Notes: generated from the letters alone by a model not told the origin. A stretch of DNA of 50,015 nucleotides from Chthoniobacterales bacterium (GCA_038207335.1 JBBQZX010000035.1:1-50015); one strand, 5' to 3'. Shown: positions 40,185 to 49,877, counted from the first letter of the stretch. Numbers and translations: made by a program.

Positions 40185-41054
40185 TTAGCGGGCTGCGACT
40201 TCACTTCCTAAATTCTTTCCCACCCGGGCGTGGTGGAAAAGGTACTGCTGCGCGTAGCCGCCAAAAGGACCGAAATGAGTGGCCGCGAAATCTCGGAGGC
40301 GAGCTGGTGTGACGTTGCGTTTTCGCTTGAAGTAGAGTTCCCGCAGGACTCGCTCAATCCAAACGTCGATCGGGAAGGCGCGGAGACGCTCGAAGCCGAA
40401 CAACAGGGCGCAGTTGGCTACTTTCACTCCGACGCCGGGGAGGCGGCAGAGTTCGGTGCGGGCGGCTTCGTCGTCGAGGGCGCGGATGGCAGAGAGATCG
40501 ACTTCACCGTTGGCGATCATGCGGGCGGCGGCGATGAGGTTTTTTGCACGATATCCGAGGCTGCAGGCGCGGAGATCCGCCTCGCTGGCAGCGGCGATTA
40601 TCTCGGGCGACGGGTAGGCAAAGTGGCCGGGAATGCCGTGAGGGCGCGGGTTGCCGAACCTTTCACGGATCGCCCGGGACATCTGGGCGATATGGGCGAC
40701 CTGCTTCATCGAGGACGTGATAAAGGTGGCGAGACACTCCCATTCCGGCTGGCGGACGAGGCGCATCCCGCGGCAAAAATCGGCGGCTGCGATCATCGCG
40801 GGATCGGCGGGAAATGAGGCGCGAATTTCGGAAAGCGGATGATCGAGGGCGAAGTAGCGGTGGGCGATTTCCTCGGCACCGGGTGTGACGTGAAGCTCGT
40901 CGCCACGCTGCTCGGCGTGAACGAGCGTGCCGCCTATCATGCCGAGCCAACAGCGATCTTCCCGCTGCCAATGGAAGACCTGGCCGCAGGTGAGCGTGAG
41001 ATCGAGATCGAAGTCGGTGGCAGGCAGGCGCGCGAGTCCGATCGGGCGCGTCAC
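40185..41054 (-). CDS. 8-oxoguanine DNA glycosylase (Ogg1-like, HhH-GPD)
   Basis: LDLTLTCGQVFHW, RQPEWECLATFI, LGYRAK, LPGVGVKVANC, FPIDVWI, GYAQQYLF. Confidence 0.9.
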   Translation of the reverse strand: MTRPIGLARLPATDFDLDLTLTCGQVFHWQREDRCWLGMIGGTLVHAEQRGDELHVTPGAEEIAHRYFALDHPLSEIRASFPADPAMIAAADFCRGMRLVRQPEWECLATFITSSMKQVAHIAQMSRAIRERFGNPRPHGIPGHFAYPSPEIIAAASEADLRACSLGYRAKNLIAAARMIANGEVDLSAIRALDDEAARTELCRLPGVGVKVANCALLFGFERLRAFPIDVWIERVLRELYFKRKRNVTPARLRDFAATHFGPFGGYAQQYLFHHARVGKNLGSEVAAR

Positions 41055-41671
41055 TTGATGAAGTAGCTGAGATTCTCCAACTCGATGGCGAGATCGACGT
41101 TGTTGACCACGGCGTTGTCGGGAGCCTGGAGGATGATGGGGGCGAAGTTCAGGATCGCGAGGATGCCGGAGGCGAAGAGTTCATTTGCGACTTCCTGCGC
41201 GACGATTCCGGGGACGGTGAGGATCGCCATTTTGATGCGCTTTTCCCGGGAGAATGCACCGACTTTCGACATGGGTAGGACGGGGACGCCGAGGTCGCGG
41301 GAGCGTTTGCGAGTGGCGTCGATGTCGAATGCGGCGACGACCTCGAAGCCTTCCTTTGCGAAGCCGGGGTAGCGCAGGAGCGCGGAGCCGAGGTGGCCGG
41401 CGCCGACGAGGATGACGGGCTGAAGCTGCGTGGTGCCGAGGACGTCAGTGAGTTTTTGGCAGAGCGCATCCACGCCGTAGCCGAGGCCGCGGGTGCCGAA
41501 TTGGCCGAATTGCGTGATGTCTTTTCGGAGCTGCGTGGGCTTCACCCCGGCGGCTTTTGCGAGCGCGGCGGAGGAGACGGTGGGGACGCGGTTGGCCTTC
41601 AGCCGCTGGAGGGCGCGGTAGTAAAGCGAGAGGCGATATATGGTTTTTCGCGGGATGACCAACTTCGACAT
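41051..41671 (-). CDS. rex: Redox-sensing transcriptional repressor Rex
   Basis: IPRKTIYRLSLYYRAL, QLRKD...FG.FG.RG.GY, VGAGHLGSAL, ILNFAP. Confidence 0.96.
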   Translation of the reverse strand: MSKLVIPRKTIYRLSLYYRALQRLKANRVPTVSSAALAKAAGVKPTQLRKDITQFGQFGTRGLGYGVDALCQKLTDVLGTTQLQPVILVGAGHLGSALLRYPGFAKEGFEVVAAFDIDATRKRSRDLGVPVLPMSKVGAFSREKRIKMAILTVPGIVAQEVANELFASGILAILNFAPIILQAPDNAVVNNVDLAIELENLSYFIK

Positions 41672-41868
41672 TTTGTGAAAAGGGGCGTTGCGGGGGGCTT
41701 TGATAGCGAAAGCGAAAGGCGATGCAAGTGGAGGTCACGCGGCGATTGTTGGTTGACGGAGAAACTTTTGTGAACCAGAGGTCAGAAAGGCGCTTCCCGC
41801 AGCGCCTTTTCGTGAGGGCCGCTCCCGCGCTTCACGCCCCGCCGCGGTCACTTCCCCATCTCCCCATC

Positions 41869-44800
41869 ATGCCACGATTTCGCTGCCTACTTACTCTGGT
41901 TTTCGGCCTCCTTTTGCTCACGCTCCACGCGTCAGCGGTCAATGCGGTTTATATCTCGGAGTTCATGGCATCGAACCAGACGGGACTGGTGGACGAGGAC
42001 GGCGACGATTCGGATTGGATTGAAATTTACAACTCCGGCTCAACGGTGGCGAACCTTGCCGGGTGGCGCCTCACGAATGACTCGAGCAATCTCGCGAAGT
42101 GGACTTTTCCGGCGGTGTCGCTGGAGCCGAAGGGGTTTCTGGTGGTCTTTGCGTCGGCGAAAAATCGCGTCAATCCGGCGGCGACGCTGCACACGAATTT
42201 CAAGCTCAGCACGAGCGGCGGGTATCTGGCGCTGGTGGATTCTCTGGGAGCGGTGGCGCACGAATACAATCCGTATCCGGCGCAATACGACGACAGGTCT
42301 TACGGGCTGAAACAGACCGTGACGACCACCACGTTGGTGTCATCTTCCGCCTCGCTGAGATACCTCGTGCCGACTAGCAGCGCGCCGACGGACAGCATAT
42401 GGACGGCGCGCACTTTCACCCCAACCGGATGGGGGACGGCGAACAACGGCATCGGCTTCGAAACGACCACGCCTGGGTTCGCGTTTCGGACTTACTTCGC
42501 GAACACGGGCGTCGGGAATATCGCGACCGCCAACAGCGTGATCGCGACGCCATCGCTCCAGACGCAGACCTATGCGGAGACGCGGGCAGTGGTGAACTAC
42601 ATGGACAGCGGCGGAGGCGGGCACTACACGCCGGACAGCAATCCGCCGTGGGTGACTGGGAATGCGGACAATTACGTGGTGGAGGCGACGGGGATCATGA
42701 CGATTCCGGCAGCGGGCACGTGGACTTTCGGGGTGAATAGCGACGACGGGTTTCAGTTCCAATATCGCGTGGTGGGCGGATCGACTTGGACGACGGTGGC
42801 GCAATTCGACGGCGGGCGCGGCGCGGGGGACACGCTGGGGCAAACGACATTCGCGGCGGCTGGCGACTACGAGGTGCGCGTGATGATTTACGAAGGAGCC
42901 GGTGGCTCGGAGGGCGAGGCTTTTGCGAAGCAGGGGTCGTTCACGACGTGGGATTCGGGATTCAAACTGCTCGGCGACTCGGCGAACGGTGGGATCGCAG
43001 TGAGATCGGTGCCGATCGGGGCGTCGGGGTCGGGGTTCTCGGCATTCATCGGGACAGGCGGAAACACAAAAGCCGCGATGAATGACGTGGTGCCGCAGAT
43101 ATCGTCGGCGTATCTGCGCTACACTTTCACGAATCCGGGCGGACTGACTTCGCTGAGCATGCCGATTCGCTATGATGACGGATTCGTCGCCTACTTGAAT
43201 GGGACGGAGTTTGCGCGGCGGAACGCCCCGGCGGGGACGCCGACGAACACGTCCGCAGCGCCGACTGATCGCCCGGCGGCGCAGGTTGTGACGCAGGAAG
43301 TGGTAGACCTCTCGGGGTCGCTCGGGCTGCTCGTCGCGGGGTCCGGAAATGTGCTCGCGGTTCACGGATTGAACCAAGCCGGCAGCGGCGATTTTCTGAT
43401 CAAAGCCGAACTCGCGCAGTATGCGGTGACTGCGGCAACAACGCCGGATTACTTCACGGTGGGGACGCCGAATGGCTTCAACACGGCAGCCATTTACAAC
43501 AAAGTGGGGCCTGTCACTTCATCGCTCGGGCACGGATTTTACACTTCGCCGCAGACGGTGACGCTCTCGACGGGCACGGTAGACGCGACCATTTACTACA
43601 CGTTCGACGGCTCCGCCCCCTATCGGCTCACGACCGCAGGCGCTATCGTTCGGGACGGCTCGGGGAATGCGCTGCCATCGCCGACAGCCGGCGCTTATTC
43701 GGGTCCGCTGACGATCAACAAAACGACCACGCTGCGCTTCGCCGCGCTGAAAAATGGGTCGGATCCGAGCGACTCCGTCACGCGCACTTACCTCTTTCTG
43801 AGTGATGTGATCACACAGCCCGCCACGACCGGTTCATCCGGCCCACCGCCGTCAATCACAAATCCGCCCGGCGCGATCCCTGCGACGACGACGTGGCCGG
43901 CGACGGTGAACAGCGGACAAGTGCTCGACTACGGCATGGACCCCGGCGTTGTGAATGTCGCGCCTTACAACAACACGATCGTCAGCGACCTCAAATCGCT
44001 CTCGACTATGTCCATCGTCACCGATGTCCCGAACCTTTTCGACAACAGCATCGGCATCTACGCAAACCCCGGCGGAGACGGCCAGCCATGGGAGCGCCCG
44101 GCTTCGCTCGAACTCATCAATCCCGACGGCAGCACCGATTTTCAGATCAATTGCGGGCTTCGCATTCGCGGCGGATTCAGCCGCAGCACGGGAAATCCGA
44201 AGCACGGATTCCGCATCTTTTTCGACAACGTCTATGGCGCGAGTTCCCTCAAGTTCCCGCTCGTGCCGGGCGATCCGACCGCGGCGAAAGAGTTCCAGAA
44301 ATTCGACATTCGCACGTTCCAAAACTACTCGTGGTCGTTTCAGGGCGATGGGGGAAATGCGATCTTCGTCCGCGATACTTTCAGCCGCCAGACTCAGATC
44401 GACATGGGCGAACTCAGCAGCCACGTCGTCTACTATCACCTCTACCTGAATGGCCAGTACTGGGGCCTTTACAATCTGGACGAGCGACCCGAGGCCAATT
44501 TTGGCGCAAGCTATCTCGGGGGAAACTCGAGCGACTACGACACTATCAAAGTCTCGCCGGACGACGGCTACATCATCTACGCGACGGACGGCGATACTGA
44601 CGCGTGGTTCAAGCTGTGGGACTTGGCGGACAAAGGATTGGCGGCTGGTAATTCGGAGCAAATCAACAACACGACGTATCAAAAAATGCTCGGAAACAAT
44701 GCCAACGGCACGCGCAACACCACTTACCCGCAGCTCCTCGATGCAGTGAACATGATCGACTACAATCTGATCATCTACTGGGGCGGAAATCTCGACGCGG

Positions 44801-47800
44801 CGATTTCGAATTTTCTCGGCAACGACAAGCCCAACAACTGGTTCGGCTTCAGAGACAGGACAGGCGCGCACGGCGGCTTTCGCTTTGTGGTGCATGATTC
44901 CGAGCACACGCTGCTGAATGTGAACGAGAACCGCACCGGCCCGTGGAATGCAGGAAACAGCTCGGTCGCAGGCAATGGATTCCAGTATTCAAGCCCGCAA
45001 TATATTTTCCAGCAGTGCATCTACTCGCAGCAGTTCAAGACGCTCTTCGCCGATCGCGTATACAAGGAGTTTTTCAATGGCGCCGCGCTTTCCACCGTGG
45101 CTTCGACCGCGCGGTTTAATGCGCTAATCGCCACGATCGATCGCTCGGTCGTTGGCGAGTCGGCGCGATGGGGCGATGCGAAAACGGGCGGCGCGTCGTT
45201 CACGCATGACGGCACTTGGGCGACTGCCGTGTCCAATGTGCGCAACAATTTCTTCCCAAATCGCACGGCCAATGTGCTCGCGCAGTTTAAGGCGAAAGGC
45301 TGGTACCCGAGCATCGATCCCCCGCTCTGGAGCCAGCGCGGCGGCACGATCGCGGGCGGTGGAAATGTCACGCTCTCGCTCGTGGCTGGGCAGTCCGGGA
45401 CGATCTATTACACGACCGACGGCACCGACCCCCGCACATACAACGTCTCCACGGGCGTCGGCGACGTCTCCCCGACTGCGATCGCCTATTCAGGGCCGAT
45501 CAACATCGCCTCCTCCACCGTCATCCGCACGCGCGTGAAGAACGGCACGACGTGGAGCGCGCTAGATGAAGCGACGTTTTACACAACTCAAAATTACACC
45601 GGCCTCGCGATCACCGAGATCAACTACCACCCGCTCGATAACGGCGTGATCAGCAGCGACGAGTACGAATTTCTCGAGCTGAAAAACACCACGGCGAACG
45701 CGCTCGACCTCGGCGGACTGAGCTTCACCGCGGGCATCGCCTACAGCTTCCCGACGGGCACCACGCTCGCTCCCGGCGCATTCTACGTGATCGCGCGCAA
45801 CCCCGCAGAATTCAACAACCGCTACCCCGGCGTGACACTCAGAGGCACCTACACCGGCAAGCTCGACAACAGCGGCGAGAACCTCACGCTCTCCGGCCCA
45901 TCGGGCGGCGCGATCATCTCGCTCACTTATTCGGACGGCCCTCCATGGCCCTCCGGCGCGGATGGAAACGGATTTTCCGTAGTGCCCAAAGGCACCGCCT
46001 ACAACTCCGACGACGGCAGCCTCTGGCGTGCCAGCGCGGCCATCGGCGGCTCTCCCGGCGCGGATGACCCGGTCGTGAATTTCCCACAAGTCGTCATCAA
46101 CGAAGCGCTCACGAATTCCGTCTCGCCGCTCACCGACACCATCGAGCTTTACAACCCGGCCGACACCGTCGCCGCCATCGGCGACTGGTGGCTCTCCGAC
46201 GATCCGCACGTTCCGAAAAAATACCGCATCCCGGCCGGCACAACGATCCCGGCAGGCGGCTACCTCGTCTTCAACGAGTCGCAGTTCAACCCCGTCCCCG
46301 GCTCCCCCACGAGCTTCGCACTGAACTCCGCGGGCGACGACGTCTTCCTTTTCTCCGGCGACGCGAGCGGGAATATCACCGGCTACAGCAGCGGGTTCAG
46401 CTTCGCTGGAGCCGAGGCGAACGTGAGCTTCGGACGGTATCTGAATAGCTTCGGCGAGGAGTTTTACCCGCGCCAAATTAGCCGCACATTCGGCACCGCA
46501 AACTCCGGCCCGCGCGTCGGCCCGGTCGTGATTTCCGAGCTCATGTATCACCCCGCGGCGGGCTTCGACGAGTATGTGGAAATCCACAACACCAGCGGTG
46601 CCACCGTGAATCTCTTCGACCCCGCAAACCCCGCGAACACATGGAAAATCAGCGGCATCGGCTGGACCTTCCCGCAGGGCGTCTCGCTGCCAGCGGACGC
46701 GCGCGCCGTCGTCTCACCGATCGATCCCGCGACCTTCCGCACCAAATACAACGTCCCGGCAAACGTGCAGATTTTCGGCCCATACACCGCCGCGCCGAAT
46801 CTCGAAAACCTCGACGACAGCGGCGAGCGCATCTCGCTCCGCATGCCCGACGCACCGGTCACGCAGAGCGGCGCGACCATCGTCCCCTACGACATCATCG
46901 ACTCCGTGCGCTACAACGACAAAGCCCCGTGGCCCGTCGCGGCCGACGGCACCGGCTCATCCCTCCAACGCCAGTCCGACACCGCCTTCGCCGATGACGC
47001 GACGAATTGGTTTGCCAGCGGCAGCACCCCCGGCCGCGTGAATGCGCTGAACATCCCGCCATCCGTCACGATGACCCTGCCGGCGAACAATGCGACATTC
47101 ACCCTGCCCGCGACGATCAACTTTCGATCCTCCGCCAGCGACTCCGACGGCACCGTCGTGAAAGTCGAATACTACGTCGATGGCGGCAAAGTCGGCGAGT
47201 CTGCCACCGGCCCAGCATTCAGCTTCAACTGGACGGCCACCGGCGGCGTCCACACGGTCACCGCCCGTGCCGTCGATGATGGCCTCGTCGCCACGACCTC
47301 CACACCCATCACCATCTACGTCACCACCACCGTCACGCAGGGCCTGTACGCCGAGTACTTCCTCGGCATCGCACTCGCCGGCGGCCCCGCCGGCGTCCGC
47401 ACCGATACGACCGTAAACTTCAACACAACGAGCAACTGGCCCGCGAGCTACGCCTTCCCCGGCCTCGGCACCACGAACTTCAGCGTGCGCTGGAGCGGCC
47501 AGGTGCTCTCGAACACCGCGGGCACCTACACCTTCACCACCGCCTCAGACGACGGCGTCCGGCTGTGGGTCAATGGCCAGTTGATCATCAACAATTTCAC
47601 CAACCACAGCACCGCATTCGACAGCGGCACCATCACCCTCGCCGCCAACCAGCTCTACGACATCGTCATGGAGTACTTCAACGGCGGCGGCGGCGGCCAA
47701 GCCCAGCTCTTCTGGACCGTCCCTGGCTTCTCCGCCACCATCATCCCGCAGAGCCGCCTCTACCCGGCCACTGCGCCGCTCGTCATCACGCATCCCGCGA

Positions 47801-48420
47801 GCCTCACCCGCGAGCAGGGCACGTCGGCCAGCTTCACAGCCGCGCATTCCGGCGGAGCGCCCTTCACCTACCAGTGGAGGAAAAATGGCATTAACATTCC
47901 AGGGGCCACCAGCCTCACGCTCGCGCTACCGCATGTCCTGCTCAGCGACGCCGGCCAGTACACACTCCTCATCTCGAATGGGTTCGGCTTCGCCGCCACC
48001 ACCGCCGCCACGCTCACCGTCACCTTCACCGACTCCGACTCCGACGGCATCCAAGACTCTTGGGAAACCGCCCACGGCCTGAACCCCAACAGCGCCGCCG
48101 ACGCCGCCCTCGACTCCGACGGCGACGGCCGCACAAACCTCGAAGAATTCCTCGCCGGGACCGACCCGCGCGATGCCGCCAGCCGATTTAGCCTCACCAT
48201 CGCCAAGCCCGCGAGCGGCACCGGCGTAGTCATCGCCTTCACCGCGCAGCCCTACGTCAGCTACACCATCCAATACAAAGACACCCTTGCCGACCCCTCG
48301 TGGAGCCGCCTCCTCGACGTCCCCGCTACCGGCGGCGTGCAGGCCATCAGTCTCACCGATCACACCGCCCCCGGCGACCCGGACCGCTTCTACCGCGTCA
48401 TCACCCCACAGGCTCCGTGA
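41869..48420 (+). CDS. Giant secreted CotH-kinase / lamin-tail-domain / PA14 / Ig protein
   Basis: Start ATG 41869 with signal peptide. Four LTD repeats (ISEFMASN, ITEINYHP, INEALTN, ISELMYHP), IYYT.DG..P FN3-associated segments, CotH WERPAS...GLRIRGGFSR...LYLNGQYWGLY...ER, PA14 FSVRWSG...SDDGVRLWVNG, Ig YQWRKNG. Confidence 0.9.
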   Translation: MPRFRCLLTLVFGLLLLTLHASAVNAVYISEFMASNQTGLVDEDGDDSDWIEIYNSGSTVANLAGWRLTNDSSNLAKWTFPAVSLEPKGFLVVFASAKNRVNPAATLHTNFKLSTSGGYLALVDSLGAVAHEYNPYPAQYDDRSYGLKQTVTTTTLVSSSASLRYLVPTSSAPTDSIWTARTFTPTGWGTANNGIGFETTTPGFAFRTYFANTGVGNIATANSVIATPSLQTQTYAETRAVVNYMDSGGGGHYTPDSNPPWVTGNADNYVVEATGIMTIPAAGTWTFGVNSDDGFQFQYRVVGGSTWTTVAQFDGGRGAGDTLGQTTFAAAGDYEVRVMIYEGAGGSEGEAFAKQGSFTTWDSGFKLLGDSANGGIAVRSVPIGASGSGFSAFIGTGGNTKAAMNDVVPQISSAYLRYTFTNPGGLTSLSMPIRYDDGFVAYLNGTEFARRNAPAGTPTNTSAAPTDRPAAQVVTQEVVDLSGSLGLLVAGSGNVLAVHGLNQAGSGDFLIKAELAQYAVTAATTPDYFTVGTPNGFNTAAIYNKVGPVTSSLGHGFYTSPQTVTLSTGTVDATIYYTFDGSAPYRLTTAGAIVRDGSGNALPSPTAGAYSGPLTINKTTTLRFAALKNGSDPSDSVTRTYLFLSDVITQPATTGSSGPPPSITNPPGAIPATTTWPATVNSGQVLDYGMDPGVVNVAPYNNTIVSDLKSLSTMSIVTDVPNLFDNSIGIYANPGGDGQPWERPASLELINPDGSTDFQINCGLRIRGGFSRSTGNPKHGFRIFFDNVYGASSLKFPLVPGDPTAAKEFQKFDIRTFQNYSWSFQGDGGNAIFVRDTFSRQTQIDMGELSSHVVYYHLYLNGQYWGLYNLDERPEANFGASYLGGNSSDYDTIKVSPDDGYIIYATDGDTDAWFKLWDLADKGLAAGNSEQINNTTYQKMLGNNANGTRNTTYPQLLDAVNMIDYNLIIYWGGNLDAAISNFLGNDKPNNWFGFRDRTGAHGGFRFVVHDSEHTLLNVNENRTGPWNAGNSSVAGNGFQYSSPQYIFQQCIYSQQFKTLFADRVYKEFFNGAALSTVASTARFNALIATIDRSVVGESARWGDAKTGGASFTHDGTWATAVSNVRNNFFPNRTANVLAQFKAKGWYPSIDPPLWSQRGGTIAGGGNVTLSLVAGQSGTIYYTTDGTDPRTYNVSTGVGDVSPTAIAYSGPINIASSTVIRTRVKNGTTWSALDEATFYTTQNYTGLAITEINYHPLDNGVISSDEYEFLELKNTTANALDLGGLSFTAGIAYSFPTGTTLAPGAFYVIARNPAEFNNRYPGVTLRGTYTGKLDNSGENLTLSGPSGGAIISLTYSDGPPWPSGADGNGFSVVPKGTAYNSDDGSLWRASAAIGGSPGADDPVVNFPQVVINEALTNSVSPLTDTIELYNPADTVAAIGDWWLSDDPHVPKKYRIPAGTTIPAGGYLVFNESQFNPVPGSPTSFALNSAGDDVFLFSGDASGNITGYSSGFSFAGAEANVSFGRYLNSFGEEFYPRQISRTFGTANSGPRVGPVVISELMYHPAAGFDEYVEIHNTSGATVNLFDPANPANTWKISGIGWTFPQGVSLPADARAVVSPIDPATFRTKYNVPANVQIFGPYTAAPNLENLDDSGERISLRMPDAPVTQSGATIVPYDIIDSVRYNDKAPWPVAADGTGSSLQRQSDTAFADDATNWFASGSTPGRVNALNIPPSVTMTLPANNATFTLPATINFRSSASDSDGTVVKVEYYVDGGKVGESATGPAFSFNWTATGGVHTVTARAVDDGLVATTSTPITIYVTTTVTQGLYAEYFLGIALAGGPAGVRTDTTVNFNTTSNWPASYAFPGLGTTNFSVRWSGQVLSNTAGTYTFTTASDDGVRLWVNGQLIINNFTNHSTAFDSGTITLAANQLYDIVMEYFNGGGGGQAQLFWTVPGFSATIIPQSRLYPATAPLVITHPASLTREQGTSASFTAAHSGGAPFTYQWRKNGINIPGATSLTLALPHVLLSDAGQYTLLISNGFGFAATTAATLTVTFTDSDSDGIQDSWETAHGLNPNSAADAALDSDGDGRTNLEEFLAGTDPRDAASRFSLTIAKPASGTGVVIAFTAQPYVSYTIQYKDTLADPSWSRLLDVPATGGVQAISLTDHTAPGDPDRFYRVITPQAP

Positions 48421-48521
48421 TTTTTCCCATCCGGCGCGTCTTTTTTCTTTAGGCCGGAGAAAATCGCGCTACAGTCCCGCCCCTCGCGCAACCTGCAAAG
48501 GCCGCGCCGAGAGACAGACAC

Positions 48522-48593
48522 GCCAGTGTAGCTCAGGGGTAGAGCAGCTGTTTCGTAAACAGCAGGTCATGGGTTCGAATCCCATTACTGGCT
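48522..48593 (+). tRNA. tRNA-Thr(CGT); CCA not encoded
   Basis: Acceptor GCCAGTG/TACTGGC, D arm GCTC..GAGC, anticodon arm GCTGT-TTCGTAA-ACAGC, T loop GGTTCGAATCC. Confidence 0.97.
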
Positions 48594-48622
48594 CACTGCT
48601 TTCCACTCTGGAAAGCTGATGA

Positions 48623-48882
48623 ATACAGGGTTTGCGGGCGATTCCCCCTTTCCGTTCCATCCGCAGCGACGCGCACCAAAACGCACGAAACAGCACTGAG
48701 ACTGTCAACAATCGGTCAACGCTCCCGGCCATCACTTTGCCTGTCACCGCACGCAATCTCAGCGAATAAGCGCCCCCGCGGTTCGGGCGGCTTCAGAGAG
48801 GGCGGTGATGACAGGTGAGGACATTGATTGCACTCGTCAGCGATGCGCAGGACACGCCGACAATCGCCCGCGAACCCTTTAT
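48623..48882. repeat. 21-bp inverted repeat (19/21) with interspersed CTGTCA(C/A)C motifs
   Basis: ATACAGGGTTTGCGGGCGATT (48623-48643) versus AATCGCCCGCGAACCCTTTAT (48862-48882). Confidence 0.7.
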
Positions 48883-48979
48883 CCATGAGGGTTGCGGAGT
48901 TTTCGCTGTCACCAAGAGCTATCGTTTTCGTCTGTCACCATGCGGACAAGCCACTTTGCCACCCTCCACCCGCGAAACG

Positions 48980-49456
48980 TCACCGTGCTCGAAAAGGCAT
49001 TCTCCGCAGCCAATCCGGCACTGGAAATCCGAGCGACTCGCACCGCGCCCGTTCCTGCAAAACTTTCGCGCGCACATCCCGTAGCGACTCCGACAAGCTC
49101 GACCTCCATTTTCGCAACTGCTCCCCGAACTTTTCGCGCGCTCCCGCTGGCGCATACCGCCGACGCGCCAGCCATCGCACCACGGGAGTTTGACCACTCG
49201 CGAACGGACAACCCTCGCGCCGCCAATTGGTCACCGTGCGCGGACTGATTGCATACTTCTCGGCAAGTTGCGCATTTGTCCTCCCCGAGCGGAATACGCG
49301 CCTTGCGGTGAGATTCTCACACCGCACAAAAGCCGCGGTCAAAATCTGATCCTGTTCATCCGTCAGCGGCACGCTCGCGGCCAATTCGAGCATGTTTTGT
49401 TGAACGGCTCGGATTGCGGCGTTCCAAGAACGCGGACTGACTTGGCTTTTTTTCAT
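48980..49456 (-). CDS. Phage-like winged-HTH protein (terminase small subunit Nu1 or excisionase-like)
   Basis: TNAQLAEKYAISPRTVTNWRREGCPF...VVRWL matches the LA..+g+s.RT+..W...G.P pattern. Confidence 0.6.
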   Translation of the reverse strand: MKKSQVSPRSWNAAIRAVQQNMLELAASVPLTDEQDQILTAAFVRCENLTARRVFRSGRTNAQLAEKYAISPRTVTNWRREGCPFASGQTPVVRWLARRRYAPAGAREKFGEQLRKWRSSLSESLRDVRAKVLQERARCESLGFPVPDWLRRMPFRAR

Positions 49457-49877
49457 CGGCGCAAACTACTTAATGCCATTAACCACTTCAGATTTCAATT
49501 TCCGTGCGCTTCCCGATCCATTCGCTAGCGGGGCGAAAATTATCGTGGAACGAATGTAAATTTTCATTCAACACGACGACGATCAGCTTGGACCTTATTC
49601 CGAGCACGGACCCCTTTTAGGTTTTCGTGTGCCTTTCGGATGCTCTAGCGCCGCATCCTCGTTGCTCGGACTTCTTCGAGGAGTTTTGGCTTGTGGAGAT
49701 CCTCCGATGCTGAAATGGTCATTTTGTGAAAAACAGAACGTCACTGCGTATTTCTCTCGCTCAACCCAGAGATGCAAGCGGAAATAGACGAAACGGTTTC
49801 GCATTTAATTACGAAATGATTTCGTCCACTTCACGTTAGCCGTTTCCTCGCGCACACAAATCCACCAAAACCGCAAT

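Noticed and set aside
41673..41787. Full Rex operator
   Set aside because: Only half-sites are present (TTGTGAA at 41673 and 41768). The second half has wrong spacing, so it is not called as a feature.
49595..49804. 69-aa minus-strand ORF in the AT-rich end
   Set aside because: No motif or RBS and atypical composition; cannot be supported.
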